Shown here: positions 7,857 through 17,989 of the stretch, one piece after another | How positions within the stretch are numbered: the stretch's first letter is position 1 | How the letters are laid out: the number at the start of each line of letters is the position of its first letter | Assembly (NCBI RefSeq): GCF_026626585.1 | Contig: NZ_JAPNKD010000014.1 | Location: 221,207 to 285,206, forward strand | Length of the DNA: 64,000 nucleotides | Direction of reading: 5' to 3' | Source of the DNA: Nannocystis sp. ILAH1 | Lineage (GTDB): Bacteria > Myxococcota_A > Polyangia > Nannocystales > Nannocystaceae | Notes under the pieces: generated by a model | Database searches by the model: none | What the model saw: the letters and a program-made list of their open reading frames with translations, nothing else | Told to the model about the DNA's origin: nothing | Translations under genes and position numbers: made by a program

Positions 7857-10010
7857 TCACCACAGCAGGGCGTAGACCGACGTCGCCAGCAGATTGGCGA
7901 TCGCCAGGGGCATCGCGGCCCGCTCGAGAAAGAAGAGAGCGGCGCGCGCACGCGAGCCGGTGGCCGACGCGTGCAGCCGCTGCACGAACCACACGACCGC
8001 AGCGATCTTCGCCGCCGCCACGACTGCGCCGATGAACAGCACGAGGCCGTGGCCGCTGCCGGCGAGTACCGTCGCGGGCACACCACCGCCGAGGAAACAG
8101 GCGACGAACGCCGCCGCGAAGGCGAGCCGCTCGAGCCGTCCTGCCGGCGGCGCGGCCGCGACCGCGAGGGCGACGGCAGCGGCGATCGGTTGCACGAAGA
8201 TTCCCCAGGCGGGGGGGATCGCAGCACCGCCGACGAGCCCCGCTGCTTGCTCCCCCACGAGCTGCCGTGGATCGAGGGTGCCAAAGGCCAGCAAAGGGCC
8301 GGCGAATGCGGCGGCGAGGGCGAGGTCGCGCGACGCCAGGCGGCGGGCCAGCGCAGCCCGGTCGACGAGGCGACCAAGACCGGCGAGCACGAGGGCGACG
8401 AGATAGACGAGCCAGCCTTCGCCGACGGCGATCAGCGACAGCGAAGCACCTCCCCGTCCCGCGGCGCACTGCTCGACGTCCGCGGCGGAGAGGCTGCTGC
8501 CGAGGCCGTCGAAGCACAGGCCCGGACCGAACGGGAACAGCGCCAGGACGGCCACCACCGGCAGCCAGGCGGTCCAGTTCAGCCGGGTGCGGCGCGTCGA
8601 GATCCACGCCAGCGCGACGAGCGCGAGCGCCAGGGCGGTGCGGATCGCCGTGCGCCGCAGATCGCTCGCGAGATCGGGTGGCTCCCAGCGGAGCTCGACG
8701 ATCTGGGGCGCCTCTCCCGCCGCGAAGAGGAGGCGCGCGCTGCCGGAGCCGGAGGCGCCGGTGCGATCGAAGTGGTCGCGGTCGACGCGGAGGCGCAGGC
8801 TCACGGCTCCGCCAGCAGCGATCTCCCGCGGGTACTCGCGGTTCTCGATCGAGAAGGCGCCCCAGTCGGGGGTGCGGGTGTCGAAGCGGATCCGCGTCAA
8901 CGGGACGGGCGCCGCGCCGTGATTCACGAGTCGCAGCTCGAGACGCTGCGCCGCCGGCGTGAACACCAGCGTCCCCGGTTCGGCGCGCACTCCCGTCGGA
9001 GGGGCCCCGCAGCCGAGCCCGAGCGCGAAGAAGAGGACGCAAGGCGCTGCGGGCGAGAGCGCGGCGCGGAGGAAGTTGCGACGAGGGAGCGGCGAGCTCG
9101 CGTGCGCGACGCGGGCGAGTGGGAGCGGCGAGACGACCGAAGTGGACAGCCGCAGGGCGACGTCCTGCGACAGGGACTCGGGCGAGGAGCTCGCGCTCGC
9201 GTCGAAATTGCGAAGAAGCGGCGATGCGATCTCGGGCGGGCTCACCGGCGTCTCGTCGACACCACGCATGACCGAAGCGGGCGGAAGCGGCGACGCGACC
9301 TCGGGCCGGGTGCTCGCGCTTGCCTCGAAGTCGCGAGGAAGTGGAAGCGGTGACGCGGCCTCGGGCGAGGAGCTCGCCAGCGTCTCGTCGACACCACGCA
9401 TGACCGAAGCGGGCGGAAGCGGCGACGCGACCTTGGGCCGGGTGCTCGCGCTTGCCTCGAAGTCGCGAGGAAGTGGAAGCGGTGACGCGGCCTCGCGCGA
9501 GGAGCTCGCCAGCGTCTCGCCGACAACTTGCATGACCGAGGCGGTCGACCGCAGCGACGCGACCTCGAGCCGAGTGCTCGCGCTTGCTTCGAAGCGGCAG
9601 AGAAGTGGAAGCGGCGACGCGGCCTCGCGCGGCGAACTCGTCGGCGTCTCGTCGACCGAAGCGGACGAGCGCAGCGACGCGACCTCAAGCCCAGTGCAAG
9701 TGCTTGCTTCGAAGCAGCGAAGAAGTAGAGGCGGCGAGACGACCGCGAGCGAGGAGCTCGCAGACATCTCGTCGACGCCTGGCATGGCCGAAGCGGGCGG
9801 GTGCAGCGGGAAGTCCTGCCCCGCGAGCTCGAGCGAGGAGCTCGCACGGACCCTGAAGCCGCGAAGCGGCGACGCCAGCTCGCGCGACACGACGTCCAGC
9901 GCCGGGCCGTCGCAGGCGCTTTGGGCCAGGTTACTCGCCGAGACACCCAGCGCGACGACGCCGCTCGCCGACGCGGGCGCAGGCGAGGCGGCGGCGCGCG
10001 GGCGGATCAT
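7857..10010 (-). CDS. polytopic membrane protein with N-terminal Ser/Pro/Ala-rich tandem-repeat region
   Basis: ATG at 10010 overlaps stop of upstream small TM gene (ATGA); 40-44-aa repeats in frame; then a lipobox-like signal-anchor segment (FFALGLGCG) and >=8 TM helices. Start uncertain because all frames are open here. Confidence 0.45.
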   Translation of the reverse strand: MIRPRAAASPAPASASGVVALGVSASNLAQSACDGPALDVVSRELASPLRGFRVRASSSLELAGQDFPLHPPASAMPGVDEMSASSSLAVVSPPLLLRCFEASTCTGLEVASLRSSASVDETPTSSPREAASPLPLLCRFEASASTRLEVASLRSTASVMQVVGETLASSSREAASPLPLPRDFEASASTRPKVASPLPPASVMRGVDETLASSSPEAASPLPLPRDFEASASTRPEVASPLPPASVMRGVDETPVSPPEIASPLLRNFDASASSSPESLSQDVALRLSTSVVSPLPLARVAHASSPLPRRNFLRAALSPAAPCVLFFALGLGCGAPPTGVRAEPGTLVFTPAAQRLELRLVNHGAAPVPLTRIRFDTRTPDWGAFSIENREYPREIAAGGAVSLRLRVDRDHFDRTGASGSGSARLLFAAGEAPQIVELRWEPPDLASDLRRTAIRTALALALVALAWISTRRTRLNWTAWLPVVAVLALFPFGPGLCFDGLGSSLSAADVEQCAAGRGGASLSLIAVGEGWLVYLVALVLAGLGRLVDRAALARRLASRDLALAAAFAGPLLAFGTLDPRQLVGEQAAGLVGGAAIPPAWGIFVQPIAAAVALAVAAAPPAGRLERLAFAAAFVACFLGGGVPATVLAGSGHGLVLFIGAVVAAAKIAAVVWFVQRLHASATGSRARAALFFLERAAMPLAIANLLATSVYALLW
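9100..9830. repeat. tandem repeat, ~6 units of 120-132 bp (two near-identical 132-bp copies at 9281 and 9413)
   Basis: read directly; all unit lengths are multiples of 3; encodes ...ASPLPLPRDFEASASTRPEVASPLPPASVMRGVDET... units. Confidence 0.8.
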
Positions 10011-10354
10011 GGCGCGCGGGTCAGCGAGGGCCACGCGATCGCGGTCGCCAGACCCAGCAGACCCAGGCCGGCGGCGCTGACCCAAAGGGCAGGTCCTTCC
10101 GGACATGTCGTGCTGGACAGGCAGACCGCGGCGGTCGGCGCGAACAGGACCAGGGCCAGCGCGAGCGCGAAGCCGAGGCCGGCCAGCGCGAGGAGGCCGC
10201 CGGTGTCGACGGGCTGACGCGGGCGCAGCTGAACCAGGCTCTCGCCGGCGTCGGGCGCGGCCTGCTGCCTCGCACGCGCGCGGACCAGGCCGGCGAGGAC
10301 CCCGATGAGCCCGACGGCTGCGACGAGAGGCAGGTAGTCGAGCAGGGGGCTCAT
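10007..10354 (-). CDS. small membrane protein (115 aa, 3 TM)
   Basis: hydrophobic segments; sits between the macro-domain gene and the repeat membrane protein with overlapping stop/start. Confidence 0.45.
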   Translation of the reverse strand: MSPLLDYLPLVAAVGLIGVLAGLVRARARQQAAPDAGESLVQLRPRQPVDTGGLLALAGLGFALALALVLFAPTAAVCLSSTTCPEGPALWVSAAGLGLLGLATAIAWPSLTRAP

Positions 10355-10882
10355 CTACGGGATGTTCCCTTCCATGGCCAACTCGAACACCTCGACGTCG
10401 TCGGCGTCCTTGGCCATGAGGAAGGCGCGGAGCGGGCGCTCGCCGCGGTAGACCTTGAGCTCGCTGTGGATCGCGCGAGCGGCTTCCTCGGCAGGGATCC
10501 CGAGCTCGAACGCACCCATCAACGGGACGGCGACGCTCGTGAAGCCCTTGACCTTGCAGGCCACCAGCACCGCCGCGGTGGCGCGCAGGACGTCCTCGAC
10601 CTGGACGCGACCGCCGGGGCGATCGGTGTTGGGCACGTGGATGAGGTACTTCGCCTTCATCTTGCCCGCGGGCGTCACGAACGCGGCGCCGATCGCCAGC
10701 GGGGTGTGCTCCTTCACCATCGCCTCGATCTCGCGGCCGGCCAGGTCGCGGATCTTGTTGGCCGGGAAGTGACTCATCACGCCCTCGGAGTTGGTCGGAC
10801 AGACGAAGGCGTCGACCGCGATCTGCTCCCAGGGCAAGGTCGAGATCTGGATCTCGACGGACTCATTGATGTCGGTGGCCAC
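10355..10882 (-). CDS. macro domain (ADP-ribose binding/processing) protein
   Basis: DAFVCPTNSEGVMSHF (macro VNAANxxLxGGGG-like), GKMKAKYLIHVP; ~175 aa. Confidence 0.6.
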   Translation of the reverse strand: MATDINESVEIQISTLPWEQIAVDAFVCPTNSEGVMSHFPANKIRDLAGREIEAMVKEHTPLAIGAAFVTPAGKMKAKYLIHVPNTDRPGGRVQVEDVLRATAAVLVACKVKGFTSVAVPLMGAFELGIPAEEAARAIHSELKVYRGERPLRAFLMAKDADDVEVFELAMEGNIP

Positions 10883-10895
10883 GCGCGGACCTTAC

Positions 10896-11387
10896 TCAAG
10901 CCTGCAGCATCGAGTCCAGCTCAGCGGCGATCGCGGACTCGGGCTCGTTGCGGACGGTCGAGAGCTCGCGAATGACCAGGTTCCGGGCGGTCTGCAGCAT
11001 CTGCCGCTCGCCGTGCGAAAGATTCTTGGTGTGCTTGAGGAGGCTCAGATCGCGGTACACCTCGCCGACCTCGAACAGCGAACCCGTGCGGATCTTCTCC
11101 ATGAAGCCGCGGTAACGCCGGTTCCAGGTCTGGCGATCGCACGGGACCTCGTGGTCGCGCAGCAGATCGTAGAGCTCGTCGATCATCTCGCCGTCGGCGA
11201 GGGGACGCATGCCGTTCTCTTCGGCCTTGGCCACCGGCACGATGATCTTCAGGCCGGAGCCGAAGACGCGCAGGTGATAGAACTGGAAGGGGCGCGACTC
11301 GATGATTTTCGTCTCGAGGGCCATGACCTCGGCGACACCGTGAGTCGGGTAAACGGCCTTCTCACCAACGTTGAATCGGGGTTGCAT
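10896..11387 (-). CDS. CarD_CdnL_TRCF family RNA-polymerase-binding regulator
   Basis: N-term FNVGEKAVYPTHGVAEV (RNAP-interacting domain), 163 aa like CdnL. Confidence 0.8.
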   Translation of the reverse strand: MQPRFNVGEKAVYPTHGVAEVMALETKIIESRPFQFYHLRVFGSGLKIIVPVAKAEENGMRPLADGEMIDELYDLLRDHEVPCDRQTWNRRYRGFMEKIRTGSLFEVGEVYRDLSLLKHTKNLSHGERQMLQTARNLVIRELSTVRNEPESAIAAELDSMLQA

Positions 11388-11849
11388 CGGCAGTTCGTCT
11401 CCAGGCGTTTGCGCGCGCCCCTCTGCACCTCTTGTGCCGCCGACTCGTCGACGGGCGTCGTGGGGACGAAATCCCCCACCTTCAAAGTAGTTCGGGACAG
11501 TTGGGCCCGGTGCAGTCGGGCTCGGCGCGTCGGCGCAGGGTGCTCCTTAAGCGGAAAAAAGGCCCAGGGGGCCGATCGGGGCAATCCTGCAGGTGACGGC
11601 GCCGCCGGTGGATGGCGCGGCGGAAAGGGCGAAGAAGCAGCGACAAGCCAAGGGGGTCGGTATCGGACGGCCGCCCGGACACCGGTCGGCCACTTGCCGG
11701 CCATCGCGAGGCCAGCAGTCAGGTGGCTACTGCGAGTGGCTACGATTGTAGCCACCCCGGACGAGCGGGTTTGCCCGCCTGTCGGGCAAAGTAGATAGCA
11801 GCCGGGTAAGGCGCGTCCAGTGAAAAGAACGGTGTGAACCTGGCATATC

Positions 11850-12491
11850 TCACTGCAGGGCCACGATCCGCCATCCCTGAGGAGTCTGCTCGAGCGTCAG
11901 GGCGCGCCCGGGCTCGTAGCGCAGGATCGCGCGTTCCATCCCCGGCGTGAACTCAATTGCCCCAGGTTGCTTCAGGAGTTGCTCCAGAAGGTCCGCCCGG
12001 CGGTTCCAGTCGTCCCGGAGGCGCGAAGAGAGATCGTCTGCGAGCAGCGTGGAAAGCGCGCCGAGATCGGCCCGCCGGACGGCGGTCAGAAAGGCCCGAA
12101 TCGCGCTAGCCGGGGTCGAGAGGTCCGGCAAGCCCGGCAGGCCGCTCACGACCTGGTAATGGCCGCCGGTTTGCGCCCATGCGAGCACGGCGCCGTCGTG
12201 GACGGTCTCGCCGCCGCGCACCGGCGTCTTGAGCGCGGGCGGCAGCGTGTCGAGCGCGGCCTTGGCCGCCGAGCGCTCGGCCGCCTGCGCCTTCCAGCGC
12301 GCCGTGAACGCCTCCTTCGAGGTCGCCGCGCGCAGCTCCGGGCTGAGCAAGGCGTACGCGGCGGCCGGATCGTCGGCGGCCAGAGCCCGGGCATAAGCCT
12401 CGCGCAACGCTTCGGGGCTGCGCGCGCCGCCGCCGCCGCGACAGGCCATCAGCAACAGACCGGCGAGCAACAAGGACCGGCGGCGACGCAT
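11850..12491 (-). CDS. hypothetical lipoprotein
   Basis: MRRRRSLLLAGLLLMAC signal/lipobox; no known domain. Confidence 0.5.
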   Translation of the reverse strand: MRRRRSLLLAGLLLMACRGGGGARSPEALREAYARALAADDPAAAYALLSPELRAATSKEAFTARWKAQAAERSAAKAALDTLPPALKTPVRGGETVHDGAVLAWAQTGGHYQVVSGLPGLPDLSTPASAIRAFLTAVRRADLGALSTLLADDLSSRLRDDWNRRADLLEQLLKQPGAIEFTPGMERAILRYEPGRALTLEQTPQGWRIVALQ

Positions 12492-12563
12492 CGGCGGGCG
12501 AATGCCGGGTTCGCGGAGCGTGGGCACAGCTCGATTAATTCCTGTCACAAAGGCCAGGTCGGC

Positions 12564-14177
12564 TCAGGCCCTGGGCCCGCTGCGCTTGTCGAGGATGATG
12601 TCGTGCGCGTACTCGTCGCGCGTGGTCGGGTAGTCGATCGTGTAGTGGAGGCCGCGCGACTCCTTGCGCTGGCGGGCGCACTCGATGATGAGGCTGCCGA
12701 CCAGAGAGATGTTGCGCAGCTCGAGCACGTCGCGGGTGACGCGGAATTTCCAGTAGTACTCGAGGATCTCCTCGCGGATGAGGTCGAGCCGCCGCCGCCC
12801 GCGCTCGAGGCGCTTGTCCGAGCGGACGATGCCGACGAAGTTCCACATGGCGGCGCGCACCTCCTCCCAGTTGGCCGAGACCATGACCGCCTCGTCCGAA
12901 TCGCGGGCGGCGCCCTCGTTCCACGGGCTGACCTGATCGGGCGGGCCGCGGCCGAAGTCGTCGCAGGCCTGGGCGGCGCCGTCGGCGAGGACGACCGCCT
13001 CGAGCAAACTGTTGGAGGCCAGGCGGCAGGCGCCGTGGAGGCCGCTCATAGCGACCTCGCCGATCGCCATCAGGCCGGGGATGTCGGTGCGGCCGTGGCG
13101 ATCGACGACGACGCCGCCGCACATGTAATGGGCCGCGGGGACCACGGGGATCGGGTCCTTGCGCATGTCGATGCCGACCGACATGCAGCGGGCGTGAATC
13201 GCCGGGAAGCGGCTGACCACGTAGTCGGGATCGAGGTGCGTCATGTCGAGGAACACGCAGCGCTCGCCCGACCGCTTGAGCTCGGCGTCGATCTCGCGGG
13301 CGACCACGTCGCGCGGGGCGAGCGAGCCCATCGGGTGCCGCTCGGCCATGAGGTCGCTGCTGTCGGCCCGCCGCAAAATGCCGCCCTCGCCGCGCAGCGC
13401 CTCCGAGATCAGGAAGGTGTTGGCATCGGGGTGGTGCAGGCAGGTCGGGTGGAACTGCATGAACTCGAGGTTGCCGACCGAGGCGCCGATCCGGTAGGCG
13501 ACCGCGACGCCGTCGGAGGTGGCGACCGCCGGGTTGGTCGTATAGCGGTAGACGCGGCCGGCCCCGCCGGTGGCGAGGACGGTGATCGGGGCGACGAATG
13601 CCTCGACGCGATCGGCGGCGTTGTTCAGCGCGTATACGCCGAAGCAGCCGCGGCTGCCGTCGACCTTGGTCCAGCTCAGGAGGTCGATGACGGTGTGGTG
13701 CTCGTGGATCGTGATGTTCGGGTGGGCGTGCGCGGCCGCCAGCAGGGCGTGCTCGATCTCGTAGCCGGTGGTGTCGCGGTGATGCACGACGCGCCGGCGC
13801 GAGTGGCCGCCTTCCCGCCCGAGCTCGAAGGGGGCGTGCTCGTCGCCGCCGACGCGGTCGAAGCGGACGCCGTAGCGCTCGGCCAGGCGCCGCACGAGGG
13901 TGGGTCCGCGCTGGACGGCGTAGGTGACCATGTCGCGGTTGCACAGGCCGGCGCCGACGGTCAGCGTGTCCTCGATGTGCTCCTCGAGCGAGTCGTCGCC
14001 CGCGAACACGGCCGAGATCCCGCCCTGGGCCCAGCGGGTGTTGCTCGACTCGGCGCGGTGCTTGGTGAGGATCACCACCGGTCCGCGATCCGCGACCTCG
14101 AGGGCGAAGTAGAGGCCCGCGAGCCCGCTGCCGAGCACGAGGTAGCGCGCGTGGTGGATCGGCGTGCTGGCGGTCAT
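12564..14177 (-). CDS. nadB: L-aspartate oxidase
   Basis: FAD motif VLGSGLAGL, RWAQGGISAV, HYMCGGV, full length 537 aa. Confidence 0.9.
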   Translation of the reverse strand: MTASTPIHHARYLVLGSGLAGLYFALEVADRGPVVILTKHRAESSNTRWAQGGISAVFAGDDSLEEHIEDTLTVGAGLCNRDMVTYAVQRGPTLVRRLAERYGVRFDRVGGDEHAPFELGREGGHSRRRVVHHRDTTGYEIEHALLAAAHAHPNITIHEHHTVIDLLSWTKVDGSRGCFGVYALNNAADRVEAFVAPITVLATGGAGRVYRYTTNPAVATSDGVAVAYRIGASVGNLEFMQFHPTCLHHPDANTFLISEALRGEGGILRRADSSDLMAERHPMGSLAPRDVVAREIDAELKRSGERCVFLDMTHLDPDYVVSRFPAIHARCMSVGIDMRKDPIPVVPAAHYMCGGVVVDRHGRTDIPGLMAIGEVAMSGLHGACRLASNSLLEAVVLADGAAQACDDFGRGPPDQVSPWNEGAARDSDEAVMVSANWEEVRAAMWNFVGIVRSDKRLERGRRRLDLIREEILEYYWKFRVTRDVLELRNISLVGSLIIECARQRKESRGLHYTIDYPTTRDEYAHDIILDKRSGPRA

Positions 14178-14248
14178 GGTGGTGGGGCGAAAGTAGCAGA
14201 GCGGCGGGGCCGGTCGACAAGGGTCCGCGGCGGCGATAGGCTGGGCCC

Positions 14249-15010
14249 GTGGGAGCGGATCGGCCCATGCCGCTGCGGCGGACCTGGCAGACGCGGAGCG
14301 GCTGCGCGGCGGTGTTGGCGGCGATCTCGATCACGCTTCCGGGCCCTGCGGGGGCAGCCGAACCGACCTACCGCCGCTACACGGACGCGCAGGGGGTGGT
14401 CCACGTGACGCCCGTGCGCGCTGTCGGCGCGGGACGGCGCGAGGTCGAGGAGATGCCGGGCAGCGGCGGCGAAGGCGGGGCGCCGAAGACTGCGGCGGCC
14501 GAGGCGGAACCGTCGGCGCCGCGCCGCGATCCGCAGGTCGAGGTCGCCGAGGCGCTGGCCGACGAACGCTCGCGTCGCTGGGAGACGCACATCCGCGGGG
14601 CGGCGCGGCTGTATCAGCTGCCGGAGTCGCTGGTGCGCGCGGTGATTCACACCGAGAGCAACTACTATCCCGGGGCGGTCAGCAGCACGGGGGCGATGGG
14701 GCTGATGCAGCTGATGCCGTCGACCGCGCGCTTCCTCGGGGTCCAGCAGGCGTTCGACCCACGCCAGAGCATCTACGGCGGGGCCAAGTTCCTGCGCCTC
14801 CTGGCCAACCGGTTCGGCGGCGACATGGTGCTGGTGGCGGCCGGTTACTTCTCGGGCGCCGGCGCGGTGCAGAAGTACGGCGGGGTACCGCCACACCCGG
14901 GGGTGCGTGCGTACGTGAAGGCGGTCCTGCGCCGGTTTTATGCGTACGAGCGGCTGCTTCAGGACGGGGCCGGCGGGGCGAGCCCCGCGCGGGCGATCGC
15001 CAGTCCGTGA
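14249..15010 (+). CDS. lytic transglycosylase (SLT domain), secreted
   Basis: signal peptide, AVIHTESNYYPGAVSSTGAMGLMQLMP catalytic region. Confidence 0.8.
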   Translation: MGADRPMPLRRTWQTRSGCAAVLAAISITLPGPAGAAEPTYRRYTDAQGVVHVTPVRAVGAGRREVEEMPGSGGEGGAPKTAAAEAEPSAPRRDPQVEVAEALADERSRRWETHIRGAARLYQLPESLVRAVIHTESNYYPGAVSSTGAMGLMQLMPSTARFLGVQQAFDPRQSIYGGAKFLRLLANRFGGDMVLVAAGYFSGAGAVQKYGGVPPHPGVRAYVKAVLRRFYAYERLLQDGAGGASPARAIASP

Positions 15011-15040
15011 GCCGACGCCGATCTCGCAGGGCCTCGCGTC

Positions 15041-15688
15041 TTGTCTTGGACGTGGCCCTGGCTTCGCGGTAGGCTCCCGCGGCTTTCTGTGAAGAGGTAC
15101 GAAGGCTTCCGCCGGGAGATCCTGAATCTCCCCAACATGATCACCATCGGCCGGGTGTTCCTCATCCCGCCGGTGCTCATGCTGATCGACAAGACCGATC
15201 CGTGGCGCTGCGTGCTCGCGTCGCTGCTGTTCACGGTCGCGTCGCTGCTCGACCTGATCGACGGCTGGCTGGCCCGCCGCTCCGGCCTGGTGACGGTGTT
15301 CGGCAAGTTCGTCGACCCGCTCGCCGACAAGATCATGGTGTCGGCGGTGCTCATCTACTTGGTGATGGACGACCGCGCGCCCGCCTGGCTGGTGGTGCTG
15401 TTGTTGACCCGCGAGTTCTACATCAACGGCCTGCGCTCGCTCGCCAGCTCGGAGAACATCATCATCGCCGCCAGCGCCGGCGGTAAGGCGAAGACGGCGT
15501 TCCAGCTGACGGGCATCTCGTTCCTGCTGATGCACTACCGCTACCGCCTGCCGGGCATCGAGGAGGCGCTCGACTTCCATCGAGTCGGCCTGGTGCTGCT
15601 CGGGCTGTCGGTGTTCGTGTCGATCAAGAGCGCGGTCGACTACACGTTCGGCTTCCGCGAGGCGCTGGCGCAGAAGAACGCCGAGTGA
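15041..15688 (+). CDS. pgsA: CDP-diacylglycerol--glycerol-3-phosphate 3-phosphatidyltransferase
   Basis: CDP-alcohol phosphatidyltransferase motif DLIDGWLARRSG...GKFVDPLADK; start may be one of the internal starts. Confidence 0.8.
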   Translation: MSWTWPWLRGRLPRLSVKRYEGFRREILNLPNMITIGRVFLIPPVLMLIDKTDPWRCVLASLLFTVASLLDLIDGWLARRSGLVTVFGKFVDPLADKIMVSAVLIYLVMDDRAPAWLVVLLLTREFYINGLRSLASSENIIIAASAGGKAKTAFQLTGISFLLMHYRYRLPGIEEALDFHRVGLVLLGLSVFVSIKSAVDYTFGFREALAQKNAE

Positions 15689-16950
15689 GCCGGGCGCGCC
15701 AGATCGCGGCGCTGGCCGCGTCGGAGCCGGGCGGCGCGTTGGCGTGGCTCGACGGCGGAGCGGGCCGCGGGTTCGTGGCGCTCGAGCCCGACCTCGAGGT
15801 GGTGGCCGACGATCTGACGGCGTTGCCGACGATCGAGGCGCTCTGGCGGGCGGAGCCGAGGCTGCCGTGGTTCGGCTGGCTGACGTACGAGGTGGGCACT
15901 GCAGCGCTGCTCGGCCGCCCGCCGACGGCGGCGAGTTTGCCGGGGCTGGTGCTCCGCCGTTACCGGGCGGCGCTCGAGCTCGGGGCGCGCGAGCAGATCC
16001 ATGGGGACACTCGCGCGGGGGCGGAACTGCTGGCGCGGCTGGCGACCGCCACCTGGCCCTGGGGACAGGACTGGCCGCTGGGTCCGGTCAAGGCGTTGGT
16101 CGCTGCCGAGGACTACCGGGGGCGCGTGCGCCGGGCGCAGGAATTCATCGCGGCCGGGGAGACGTACCAGATCAACCTGACGCAGCCGTTCGTGGCGCGG
16201 TGGCTGCCGGAATGGGCGAGTCGGCCGGTGGCGGCCAGGGCGGCGGCCGTGTACGCCGCGGTGCAGGCGGCGACGCCGGCGAGCATGGGAGGCCTCCTGG
16301 CGATCGAGCCCGGCCGGCCGTGCGGACGCTGGGCGATCTCCAATTCGCCGGAGACACTGCTGGCGATCGAGCTGGGGGCCGGAGAGGACGGGGGCGACCT
16401 GGCGCGCTCGTGGCCGATCAAGGGGACGCGCCCGCGAGGGGCCGATCCGGAGGGCGATCGGGCGGCCCAAGAAGAGTTGCAGCAGAGCATCAAAGATCTC
16501 GCTGAACACGTGATGATCGTTGATCTTGTGCGCAACGATCTCGGCCGGCTCGCGCGTCCGGGTTCGGTCCGCGCGCCGGCCCGGCCCGAGCTGGTGACGC
16601 TGCCGACGGTGCATCACCTGGTGTCGGAGGTCCGCTGCACGCTGCGCCAGGGATGGACGCTGGCGGAGGTGATGGCGGCGGTGTTCCCCGGCGGGAGCGT
16701 GACAGGGGCCCCCAAGCGGCGCACGGCCGAGCACATCGAGCGGCTCGAGCAGCGCGCTCGCGGGATCTACTGCGGGGCGATCGTGGCGCTGCTGCCCGAC
16801 GGTCTGCGCTGCAGCATCCCGATCCGCACCGGGGTGGCGGACGCGGCCGGGCTGTGGCTGCAGAGTGGCGGGGGGATCGTGATCGACTCCGACCCGGAGG
16901 CCGAACGCCGCGAGTCGTGGGACAAGGTGCGCGCGTTCGAGCGAGCCTGA
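15685..16950 (+). CDS. pabB: aminodeoxychorismate synthase component I (chorismate-binding enzyme, PabB/TrpE family)
   Basis: GTGA overlap with pgsA; PIKGTRPRG, HVMIVDLVRNDL, FPGGSVTGAPK motifs; short N-terminus favours PabB over TrpE. Confidence 0.65.
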   Translation: MSRARQIAALAASEPGGALAWLDGGAGRGFVALEPDLEVVADDLTALPTIEALWRAEPRLPWFGWLTYEVGTAALLGRPPTAASLPGLVLRRYRAALELGAREQIHGDTRAGAELLARLATATWPWGQDWPLGPVKALVAAEDYRGRVRRAQEFIAAGETYQINLTQPFVARWLPEWASRPVAARAAAVYAAVQAATPASMGGLLAIEPGRPCGRWAISNSPETLLAIELGAGEDGGDLARSWPIKGTRPRGADPEGDRAAQEELQQSIKDLAEHVMIVDLVRNDLGRLARPGSVRAPARPELVTLPTVHHLVSEVRCTLRQGWTLAEVMAAVFPGGSVTGAPKRRTAEHIERLEQRARGIYCGAIVALLPDGLRCSIPIRTGVADAAGLWLQSGGGIVIDSDPEAERRESWDKVRAFERA

Positions 16951-17207
16951 GCGGCCGGCTTCAGGGCTGGGCGGACTCCACAGGCGGTGGCGAGTGCTCG
17001 GTGAGCCGCGGAGCTTCCGGGGCGAGGAACGGGGGGCTCATCAAATCGCCGCCCGCAGCGCTGCCGCCTGCGGATTGGGCGGCCGACGAGGTTCAGGTGT
17101 CGCCTTGCCCGGAGCCGGCGGCGCGACTGCGGCTCCGGTGGGAGGGCCTTGTCCTGGGTTCAAGAGCGGGGCGCTTCGCTTCGAGAAGTCGGGGCCCCGA
17201 CCGCGGC

Positions 17208-17792
17208 TCAGCTGGCGGGCTTTGCCTCGGGCGTATTTTCTTTGATTTCCGGCGGTTGCGCGTGGAACATCAAGTAAGGGATGAGCAGCAGGACGCCGAC
17301 GACGAGGGCGATGTCGGCGACGTTGAAGTTCGGCCAGCACAGACCGCGAGGGTTCCACGGGGAGCAGACGCGGATGAAGTCGACCACGCCGTGGGTGAGG
17401 TTGCCGTGGGGGTCGGAGTCCTGGCGCAGCAGGCGGTCGTGCATGTTGCCGAGGGCGCCGCCGATGATGCAGCCGATGGCGAAGAAGCCGTAGAGGCGGT
17501 CGGTCGGCAGCTTGCGGACGAGGGCGGCCATGTAGACCACCGTCACGAGGGTGACGACGATGAACAGGGGACGCGAGAAGTCCTGGCCGCGCAGGAAGCC
17601 GAAGGCGGAGCCGGTGTTGAAGCTGTAGGACCAGTGGAACCAGTTGCCGATCGCGGCAATCTGCCGGTTCGGCGGCCGGAGGTTGTCCCAGGCCCAGCTC
17701 TTGGTCACGAGATCGAGGATCAGAAACACCGCGGCTGCGGACGCGGTGACGAGGATCGGCCGGAGCCGGTTCGATGCTGGCGTGTCGCTCAT
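17208..17792 (-). CDS. lspA: lipoprotein signal peptidase II
   Basis: SFNTGSAFGFL, GGALGNMHDRL, VVDFI, FNVADIALVVG motifs; start at MSDTPAS (ORF track start 18098 is an upstream extension). Confidence 0.85.
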   Translation of the reverse strand: MSDTPASNRLRPILVTASAAAVFLILDLVTKSWAWDNLRPPNRQIAAIGNWFHWSYSFNTGSAFGFLRGQDFSRPLFIVVTLVTVVYMAALVRKLPTDRLYGFFAIGCIIGGALGNMHDRLLRQDSDPHGNLTHGVVDFIRVCSPWNPRGLCWPNFNVADIALVVGVLLLIPYLMFHAQPPEIKENTPEAKPAS

Positions 17793-17989
17793 GTAGGGCC
17801 GAAAAACCTGGCCAGTGTACCCGAGGCACCAGGGCGAGCAAGCGCAGCCACCGCTGCGCCGCGGGCCGCAGAGACGGTCCGAAGGGCTGCCGGGCAGGGT
17901 TGCGGGTTCGGCAGCGCGGTTGCCGCGGTGCTCTGGCGGGTTCGACCGGCGGCGGCCCGGGGCGCAGCAGGACGAGGCAGGTCCGGAGC

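Noticed and set aside
9100-9830. Possible CRISPR or non-coding minisatellite
   Set aside because: Unit lengths are all multiples of 3 and the array sits inside a long ORF whose downstream part is a convincing membrane protein. It is better explained as a coding low-complexity repeat.
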